Part shown: positions 55,622 through 61,808 of the stretch, piece by piece
Layout: each line of letters opens with the position of its first letter
Position numbering within the stretch: position 1 is the stretch's first letter
Virus record (IMG/VR): IMGVR_UViG_3300020402_000001
Span: 1 to 61,808 of that record
Source of the DNA: a virus
Taxonomy: Duplodnaviria; Caudoviricetes
DNA: 61,808 nucleotides
Strand: one strand, 5' to 3'
Translations under genes and position numbers: made by a program
Notes under the pieces: model-generated
The model's input: only the letters and a program-made list of their open reading frames with translations
Told to the model about the DNA's origin: nothing
Databases searched by the model: none

Positions 55622-56173
55622 TTAACCATATATTTTATACGCAATCACCCAAGTAAATAATCCTTGAGCAGATGCATTTGTAGTATTTGTGATCTGTAAA
55701 AATATATTTCTTGTAGAATTGATTGAGGTGTTAACTCTTGGAGACGCAGCAGGTGAAGCATCACTTGCAGTTGTATCTAATAGAGTTAAAGTGTAATGAG
55801 CACCTTCAGGTACAGTAGTTCCACCATCTAAAATTTCATCAGTGGATGCAGCTACTAATTGAGCACCGCCTGTAGCAGTTCCAACTTTGTAACCAATGTC
55901 ACCTGAAGCAACAGTGGGTGCAGATGTGCACACAAGCTGAATGCTTGTAATAATTGATCTTGCAGGTTGTGCGAACGTAACCTCGTTTGTTCCCGCTGTA
56001 GATTCAACTTTTGCAGTTGCCACAACACCTTGACCTTGTATTTGTGTTCCAACGTACTGACCAGATGAATTTATTTCAAAAACATTTGTGAAAGCACCTG
56101 TTGAAGCATTTTTAGTAGCACCAATAAAACCGTTTTCCGATCGTACCGGTCCGCTAAATGTAGTATTTGCCAT
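55622..56173 (-). CDS. Virion protein (capsid decoration or spike-like), MANTTFSGPVRS type
   Basis: Ser/Thr/Ala-rich beta protein near the capsid gene. Confidence 0.65.
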   Translation of the reverse strand: MANTTFSGPVRSENGFIGATKNASTGAFTNVFEINSSGQYVGTQIQGQGVVATAKVESTAGTNEVTFAQPARSIITSIQLVCTSAPTVASGDIGYKVGTATGGAQLVAASTDEILDGGTTVPEGAHYTLTLLDTTASDASPAASPRVNTSINSTRNIFLQITNTTNASAQGLFTWVIAYKIYG

Positions 56174-56179
56174 AATTTT

Positions 56180-56255
56180 CTCCTTTGTATAGCTTTGATT
56201 ATGCCGTCTCTATACCGTCTGCCTAGCCAGTCGACATAATAGTTTTTTCTAGGTC
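56180..56255 (-). ncRNA. Structured leader RNA, candidate Mu-gpT-DE-like element
   Basis: Stem AUUAUGUCG/CGGCAUAAU plus two crossing pairings (CCUAG/CUAGG and GUAUAG/CUAUAC). Confidence 0.55.
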
Positions 56256-56293
56256 TTTTGATTATATAGGAAATAGTGCAGTTATCCAATAGG

Positions 56294-56830
56294 TTACCAA
56301 CTTTGTACCTCGCCCATGTTGAAAGCTATTGCAAATTTAGAAGAATCCTCTTCATTTGGTGCGCAACCATGTGTTAAAAAACCACTAAAAACCACAAATA
56401 CACCAGGTTCAGGTTTCACTTCCTGTCTAATTTCAGGAAAAATCAAATTTTGTTTTGATGAATTTAAATAAATAACTCCTGAACAAGGATGCCCAGAATG
56501 TTTATGAAAACTGGTAAAACTATTTTTTCTTAATTCTATACCCCATGAATGCACAAGATTAAAAGGCTCAAGTTTAATTTCATTGTTGATATAATAAACA
56601 ATTTTTCTTAAAGGATCTAAAAATTTTTCTTCTTTATTAAAAAATTTCCAATCAGTCATCAAACCTTTGACATTAGTAATTGGTTTAAACTGATGCTCAG
56701 TTCCCCAACAACCTTTTATTGTTTCTATTAGATAATTTGAATCTAAATCTATTTTACCTTTAATGAAAAAATATTCTTGTTCAATTTTTTTATTGAAAAA
56801 CTTTTCAATGAACATGGCTTCAAATACCAC
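56294..56830 (-). CDS. Putative 2OG-Fe(II) oxygenase
   Basis: SWG..FHKH..SGVIYL..F..L.H..IAFN. Confidence 0.8.
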   Translation of the reverse strand: MVFEAMFIEKFFNKKIEQEYFFIKGKIDLDSNYLIETIKGCWGTEHQFKPITNVKGLMTDWKFFNKEEKFLDPLRKIVYYINNEIKLEPFNLVHSWGIELRKNSFTSFHKHSGHPCSGVIYLNSSKQNLIFPEIRQEVKPEPGVFVVFSGFLTHGCAPNEEDSSKFAIAFNMGEVQSW

Positions 56831-56867
56831 AAAAAAAAGGGCAGTGCAAATAAATGCACCGCCCTTT
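56831..56867 (-). terminator. Rho-independent terminator after the capsid gene
   Basis: AAAGGGCGGTGCA-loop-TGCACTGCCC-T8. Confidence 0.85.
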
Positions 56868-56888
56868 AATATAGACTTTTAAATACTA

Positions 56889-57806
56889 TTAACTAGTTGG
56901 TAAATTTCCGTTACCAAAAATACATCTTGGATCAGAGAATCCAAAAGAGTATCTTTCTCTAGCTTTGAATCTTACGTTTCCAGTATCGAAGTCACCTTCC
57001 ATTGCAGTTTTGATTGGTGATCTAACAAACATTTTTAGTCCATTAGGTACATCAGTCAATAAGAAGAAAGAATCTGTATCAGTAAGGAAGTTATTCACTG
57101 AATATCCTTCTGGTACCATTCCCATGCTTCTTACAGCATTGATGTCATTATCTGCAGTTCCTGTTCTCATAGGAGACTTCATAATTCTCTCAGCAGTAAA
57201 TTGTAATTCTTTTGGAATTATCATTTTTCTACCTTGAGCAGCTATTCTTAAGCCTCTCTCATCGACAAAACCAGCAATGTCAATCAATGACTGCTCTAGT
57301 GAAGTTTCGTTAAGATCTGCAGCTGTTGCTAAAACATTCGAGAAAGTTCCTCCTGTTGCAAGTGGGTGAGATGCATTTATTAATGATACTCCGTCACCAC
57401 CTGTTACAGTTGTAACTTGCGCGTTGTTTAACACATTAGCAGCTTTAACTTGCTTCGTGTTTGCCATAGATCTTGCAAGAGCTCTTGTGTATCTCGCTGC
57501 AAGTCTATCATATAGGTTATCTTCGATTGCTTCTTCAGTAATTGCAAATGCTAAAGCAATAGTTTCGTGGTTGTATCTAGCAGTGAAAGTTTCAGTTGCT
57601 TGATCAAACACAACTCCAGCACCTTCTTGTTTAGTTGGTGCAGAAGCGAAACCTGCTAACATTACTTCTTCTTCAAAAGCTCTGTCAGATGTTTCAGTAG
57701 CATAAATCTCAGCATGCTGATTTTCATATCTACTATATTCCAGGCCGAATAAAGCATTCAAACCTGGCTCTAGTTCTTTAACTAGTTGTGATCGTGATAT
57801 CGCCAT
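56889..57806 (-). CDS. Major capsid protein (Mu gpT-like family)
   Basis: 305 aa, MAISRSQLVKELEPGL..KARERYSFG, strong RBS, downstream terminator, head-module position. Confidence 0.88.
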   Translation of the reverse strand: MAISRSQLVKELEPGLNALFGLEYSRYENQHAEIYATETSDRAFEEEVMLAGFASAPTKQEGAGVVFDQATETFTARYNHETIALAFAITEEAIEDNLYDRLAARYTRALARSMANTKQVKAANVLNNAQVTTVTGGDGVSLINASHPLATGGTFSNVLATAADLNETSLEQSLIDIAGFVDERGLRIAAQGRKMIIPKELQFTAERIMKSPMRTGTADNDINAVRSMGMVPEGYSVNNFLTDTDSFFLLTDVPNGLKMFVRSPIKTAMEGDFDTGNVRFKARERYSFGFSDPRCIFGNGNLPTS

Positions 57807-57818
57807 AGTTTAACTCCT

Positions 57819-58397
57819 TTACGCTATACCTGTTCCACTTCTGTAGAAGTGGTTGTTGATTCTAACTAGTACATTCGCATTTGATGTAGAAGTGTCAGAA
57901 TTTTCTGGATCTTGCGAAATATCAATTGCTTGAACAGCAAAAGTTGTTGCAGTTCCAGAAACACTAACGTCTAGCATCGCTTGTGAAATACCAGTTGTTG
58001 TACTACCATTGTTACTGTCTAACGAGTAGTTTTTGAAAAGATCCGCTCTTGTAAAAGCAGCATCCGCATTCATCAAAAACACAGCATCTGGATCATCAAC
58101 AACGAAAGCAACAATGTCACTTGCGTTTGTTGAAGCCGGATAAAAGTTTTTGTATGTAGGCTTCTGCGTAGTTGGATCTGTGAAAAAACATCCGTTAAAT
58201 ACACCCACAACAGCTTCCGATGTATTGTAAACATGTCTCTCAATATTTCCAGTTGATACAGGTATTACCAAATCACCTTGGAAGATATTTTGATCGTAGT
58301 TAGCTTTAATCGTATATCTGTTTTGAGCACCAGCTAATGGAGTACCATCTAGTTTTCTGTATGGTCTTAGACCAAACTTTTCTAGTTGATTTGCCAT
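57819..58397 (-). CDS. Capsid-associated (decoration or cement-like) protein
   Basis: FGLRP, IFQGD, GVF.GC, V.DDP motifs, immediately upstream of the capsid gene. Confidence 0.6.
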   Translation of the reverse strand: MANQLEKFGLRPYRKLDGTPLAGAQNRYTIKANYDQNIFQGDLVIPVSTGNIERHVYNTSEAVVGVFNGCFFTDPTTQKPTYKNFYPASTNASDIVAFVVDDPDAVFLMNADAAFTRADLFKNYSLDSNNGSTTTGISQAMLDVSVSGTATTFAVQAIDISQDPENSDTSTSNANVLVRINNHFYRSGTGIA

Positions 58398-58461
58398 AGT
58401 TGTTTAACTCCTTTTAAACGTTTTTTATTTATCCAAGCTACTTGTAGGTATCGCAAAAATA

Positions 58462-58929
58462 TTACTTCTTACGAGAACCGCCAAAGGTAACTCTAGACTG
58501 CCTATCAATATTGATTGGCATGTCCGGGTGTTGTTCCTTCATAAGATCCCTATCAATCGCGTCTGTTCTATCTTGAGTAATTTTTCTAAAATACTCAGCA
58601 CGTTGTTTCAGAATCTCTTCTGGTATCCTTGCCAACACAAGGCCCCCAATTCCGACAAGCCCAGCATGTTTGCCTTCAGAAATGACTGGATAATCGTTTG
58701 GACCAATTTCACTTATAAGTGTATCAGCCTTCACAAATTCCCAACCCTCTCTCAGTTTTTTCGAAACGTTTGCAACGTCCTCAAAACCTGCAATTGCAGT
58801 TCGTATCCATCTATGTGCATACCCCTGCGGAGCAGCTGGCGCATCCAAACTGGATGGTGGAGTCCAATCTTTTTTTCTAGTTTGCTTAATTCTAGTTTCA
58901 GACTCGCGTGAAGTTTTTATTTTTTCCAT
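58462..58929 (-). CDS. Conserved-type head-module protein
   Basis: W.PPS.LDAP, HRWIR, REGWE, GGLVLARIP. Confidence 0.7.
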   Translation of the reverse strand: MEKIKTSRESETRIKQTRKKDWTPPSSLDAPAAPQGYAHRWIRTAIAGFEDVANVSKKLREGWEFVKADTLISEIGPNDYPVISEGKHAGLVGIGGLVLARIPEEILKQRAEYFRKITQDRTDAIDRDLMKEQHPDMPINIDRQSRVTFGGSRKK

Positions 58930-58930
58930 G

Positions 58931-59929
58931 TTATACTCCTTCCTTCACGTATTTTGCGTATTCCTCTAGTGGCACCCCTAATTTCTTAGCGATAACTACC
59001 TGTGATTTGGTGAGTTTCACAGACTTGCGTCCACCTGATCTTCTACTTACAGAGGCAACATTTTGGACGGGTGCAGCCTTCTGCGGTTGTTCTTCAGTCG
59101 AAGATTCGGCAAACTTCTGAGGGAAATATTCCTTCATACGTTTGTTGATTTGATTATAATACTCATCACTTTCCCCGTCAATTCCCTGCTGTATAAGATC
59201 CTCATGAATACTCATGGCAGCACCAGTAAGCACTCTATCCGTACCGAACCAATCATTTTCTTCTGCCCATTTCTGCGCTCTTGGACTGATTGGAGCTTGT
59301 GGTTGTGCCTCCTGTGGGGCTTCTGGTTGTGACTCTGCTTCTTTTTTCTTTGCCTCTTTTTCACTTAGAGACATAGAAACCTTTTCTTTTTCAACAGCCA
59401 ATTTTGTAAGCTGATCATTAGCTTCCATTATCTTGTCTGTGTCATTTTCATCAAGAGCAGCTTTAAGACTTGCTTTAGCTTTATCTCTTTCTGAATCTAT
59501 CCTTGCATCGTATTGTTTAAGATAGTTTGTGTCAGTTTCTTCAAATTTTTGATTGACGTTATCAAACCTATCCTTCAATCCTTTTGCATAATCCATTGCA
59601 GCTTTTTCTCTTCTTTCAGCTTCACGGATTTGAAAGGTTAGTTTTTTGATTCTCTTTTGAACCTTTTCAGAGTAATCTTCTAAATCCCCTTTATCATCCT
59701 CAACCTTTTGCTCTACTGGTTGTGGTTTTTCTTCAGGTTCTTCTTTAGTCTCCTGTAAAAGTTCTTTTGCCGATTTACCACTTTGTGTAACATCAGTATA
59801 TCCTAGATCGACATTTTCTTTTTGTGCAAAAGACTCATCGGGTTCTTTTGGACTTTCAATATCGACATTTTCTTCATTGACACCATCTGTGTCTAACTCC
59901 ACTTCGGGAGTTTTGTTTTCTTCAGCCAT
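58931..59929 (-). CDS. Scaffolding protein, putative
   Basis: Acidic coiled coil, WA..N.WFG, C-terminal IAKKLGVPLEEYAK. Confidence 0.75.
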   Translation of the reverse strand: MAEENKTPEVELDTDGVNEENVDIESPKEPDESFAQKENVDLGYTDVTQSGKSAKELLQETKEEPEEKPQPVEQKVEDDKGDLEDYSEKVQKRIKKLTFQIREAERREKAAMDYAKGLKDRFDNVNQKFEETDTNYLKQYDARIDSERDKAKASLKAALDENDTDKIMEANDQLTKLAVEKEKVSMSLSEKEAKKKEAESQPEAPQEAQPQAPISPRAQKWAEENDWFGTDRVLTGAAMSIHEDLIQQGIDGESDEYYNQINKRMKEYFPQKFAESSTEEQPQKAAPVQNVASVSRRSGGRKSVKLTKSQVVIAKKLGVPLEEYAKYVKEGV

Positions 59930-59938
59930 TTGTCCTCC

Positions 59939-60385
59939 TTAATAATGGTGCAAAATATCTGATGGGTCTGCAATTTTTGCTATGACTTCATCGTCATTCA
60001 AAATTCTTACTTCACCACCTTCTATCTTGAATCTTGAGCCTGCGTATCTACTAAAAATTATCCAATTATTTAGTTCGCACCAAGGCCCTTTTGGAAATTT
60101 ATCTTTGTCTTGATAACAAAGATCTCCCATTTTCAATACGAGACCACAAACTGTAGTCATCTGTATTGTTTCTTGCGTTGTATCAGAAAGAATAATTCCA
60201 CCCTTTGTTTTTTTAGGTCCAGCGTATGGTAAAACCAATAATCTGTATCCTGTAGGTGTAGGTAGACTTTCTAATGTTGATTTTTTGATCGCTTTGGGAT
60301 CAAGGACTGTTTTGACTTCTTCTTCAGCTTTATAAGCGTCTAAGAGTGCTTCAGTCCGTTTCGGTGTCTCCGTGGACTTGTTCAT
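59939..60385 (-). CDS. groES: GroES-like co-chaperonin
   Basis: PTGYRLLV..KTKGGIIL..RYAG..RILNDDEV. Confidence 0.88.
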   Translation of the reverse strand: MNKSTETPKRTEALLDAYKAEEEVKTVLDPKAIKKSTLESLPTPTGYRLLVLPYAGPKKTKGGIILSDTTQETIQMTTVCGLVLKMGDLCYQDKDKFPKGPWCELNNWIIFSRYAGSRFKIEGGEVRILNDDEVIAKIADPSDILHHY

Positions 60386-60569
60386 CTTCTATCTCCTGTT
60401 TATCCAGCAGGTCTTTAAGATCCTGTTGCAAATCTTCTAAAGATTTGATTTGACCTCTAACATATTGTAGTTGCTCCATAGTGTCAACACTATATATAGC
60501 GGTCTCCTTGAGTCTGTTTAAACGTTTTGAGATAGCTCTTTGTACTAAAGATATTGTATTAAGATCCAT
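60351..60569 (-). CDS. Small coiled-coil protein
   Basis: Y..GQI.SL pattern, upstream of groES. Confidence 0.7.
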   Translation of the reverse strand: MDLNTISLVQRAISKRLNRLKETAIYSVDTMEQLQYVRGQIKSLEDLQQDLKDLLDKQEIEDEQVHGDTETD

Positions 60570-61092
60570 AAGTTCCCTTCCAATCTTTAGGATAATAATT
60601 AAAATTTATGTTTACTCTCACTTGTTTGTCAGTTTGTGAGGTTCCACGATGCTTAATGTTAGAATCAAATATAACCATTCTATTTTTAACACTTTCTATT
60701 TTTTCTCCTGTTTCAAATTCTGTGTAACCATCGTTATCGTTAACATAATAAATTGAAGTTACATTATCGTCATAATCTGTATGAAAACCATGTAAAACTC
60801 TCTCATCAGTCAAAGTAATACAATTTGCTTTTACTCTAATTAATGATTTTACCTCTAATTTTTCAACAATAGGTTTTATTATAAGATAATATTTTGAAGT
60901 AATTTCATTTTCGAAAAAAAATGAGTGAACAAACTGAAAATGTTTTTTTGGATCTTTCATCTCATGATCCCAATGAGTAATTATATTGTGATAATACCAC
61001 GGAAACATCGGGTGTACCATATCGTTTTCAACTCTGTCCGCTTCTTCTTGAGATAAATAATTATCTATAACTTTTATACTTTTTGAAGACAA
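60559..61092 (-). CDS. 2OG-Fe(II) oxygenase-like protein
   Basis: FHTD..YYVNDNDGYT..NRMVIFD...H..R.NINFNY. Confidence 0.85.
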   Translation of the reverse strand: MSSKSIKVIDNYLSQEEADRVENDMVHPMFPWYYHNIITHWDHEMKDPKKHFQFVHSFFFENEITSKYYLIIKPIVEKLEVKSLIRVKANCITLTDERVLHGFHTDYDDNVTSIYYVNDNDGYTEFETGEKIESVKNRMVIFDSNIKHRGTSQTDKQVRVNINFNYYPKDWKGTYGS

Positions 61093-61649
61093 ATTTTGTG
61101 ATCTCCTTTTTCTAAAACTTTAAAATCCCACCAATGTAAAGCCTGGTAAACTGATTTCATTTGATAGTATTTATAGTCATCAAATACAAATCTAGTTCCT
61201 ACTCTTGATCTATCTGCAAACCATACTGCTTCTCTTAGAACATCAACTGTTGTGTGTGGCCCGTCAAAATGCACTAAATCATATATTACTTCTTCCTTAG
61301 AAAATCTGTTCATAAATTCTCTATCTGTCATATGGAAAAATAAATAATTTTTTTCATGTTTAAAATCTTCTAACATTTCTTTTTTCATTTCATCATCATA
61401 ATTAGCTGTAATTGGTTCTTGATTATCAAAGTGGACGTAACTCAGATTGTTATATGGATCTATTGCAATATGATGATAAGGAATATCTTTAATTTTCATC
61501 TGCATTGCCATCATTATTATCTTGGATCCTAAACCTCTACGCACACCTATTTCAGCTGTAGTTACGTGTTTTGGATTTTCTGGTAATGGAAGCTCTAAAG
61601 TCCATTTTCGTAGAAGTTCGTATTCTACTGAATCTCCCTCTATTGTCAT
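61074..61649 (-). CDS. Class I SAM-dependent methyltransferase (Methyltransf_24-like)
   Basis: EIGVRRG, IDPY, HFDGPH, FDD. Confidence 0.82.
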   Translation of the reverse strand: MTIEGDSVEYELLRKWTLELPLPENPKHVTTAEIGVRRGLGSKIIMMAMQMKIKDIPYHHIAIDPYNNLSYVHFDNQEPITANYDDEMKKEMLEDFKHEKNYLFFHMTDREFMNRFSKEEVIYDLVHFDGPHTTVDVLREAVWFADRSRVGTRFVFDDYKYYQMKSVYQALHWWDFKVLEKGDHKICLQKV

Positions 61650-61669
61650 AGAGGCACTATATAAATTAT

Positions 61670-61753
61670 TTAAGCTTTTGCAAATGTTTTAACATTTGTA
61701 GGTTTGCCACCTACACCTTGTGCTTTACTTCTCTTTCTTGCAACAGCAGAACG
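61670..61753 (-). CDS. 3' part of the junction-spanning 92-aa protein
   Basis: In-frame continuation from position 1; TAA at 61670-61672. Confidence 0.85.
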   Translation of the reverse strand, partial: RSAVARKRSKAQGVGGKPTNVKTFAKA

Positions 61754-61808
61754 CCTTTGCGATTCTGTCATTCGGGCGGCTTTTGCAGCAGGCACGCATT
61801 TGGGGTAT
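61754..61808. repeat. 55-bp terminal overlap (copy 2)
   Basis: Identical to bases 1-55. Confidence 0.95.

Noticed and set aside
223-59414. Many + strand track ORFs antisense to long - strand genes (e.g. 223..660, 6641..7513, 29983..30417, 58528..58911)
   Set aside because: Shadow frames of well-supported genes, with no recognisable motifs.
61754-61808. 55-bp end repeat as a biological direct terminal repeat
   Set aside because: It falls in the middle of a gene and 55 is a common assembler k-mer; best explained as circular-assembly overlap.
1-61808. tRNA, tmRNA, integrase or att site
   Set aside because: None recognised by eye; tRNAscan-SE or ARAGORN would be needed to exclude them formally.

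Overview
The window is almost certainly a complete, circularly assembled, AT-rich dsDNA phage genome of about 61,753 bp; bases 1-55 repeat as 61754-61808 and one ORF crosses the junction. It looks like a lytic podovirus: P22-type portal and nozzle, terminase, scaffold, major capsid protein, GroES, putative ejection proteins, family A DNA polymerase, AEP-type primase, UvrD and SNF2 helicases, and an M15A endolysin. I saw no RNA polymerase, integrase or tRNA. Size, composition and gene order suggest a marine alphaproteobacterial (SAR11) phage such as the HTVC023P/vSAG 37-F6 type; this is inference, not searched. Accessory load: about a dozen 2OG-Fe(II) oxygenase-fold genes, 2 glycosyltransferases and 2 methyltransferases. 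Main unexplained signals: (1) A candidate RNA-based regulon. Four putative early genes share a promoter box (ATGGGA) and a leader (UAACAAAG), and a hairpin at about 11056-11117 displays the reverse complement of that leader/RBS; two or three more hairpins also show anti-RBS loops. (2) A [YFML]xxGG peptide tag shared by about 9 otherwise unrelated, mostly basic late proteins. (3) A pseudoknot-capable leader RNA downstream of the capsid gene. (4) Three DNA-level motif families: an AACGAG cluster, GGGACACC iterons, and dispersed strand-biased CCG(G/T)TG heptads. All functional calls come from motif recognition by eye, with no database searches.
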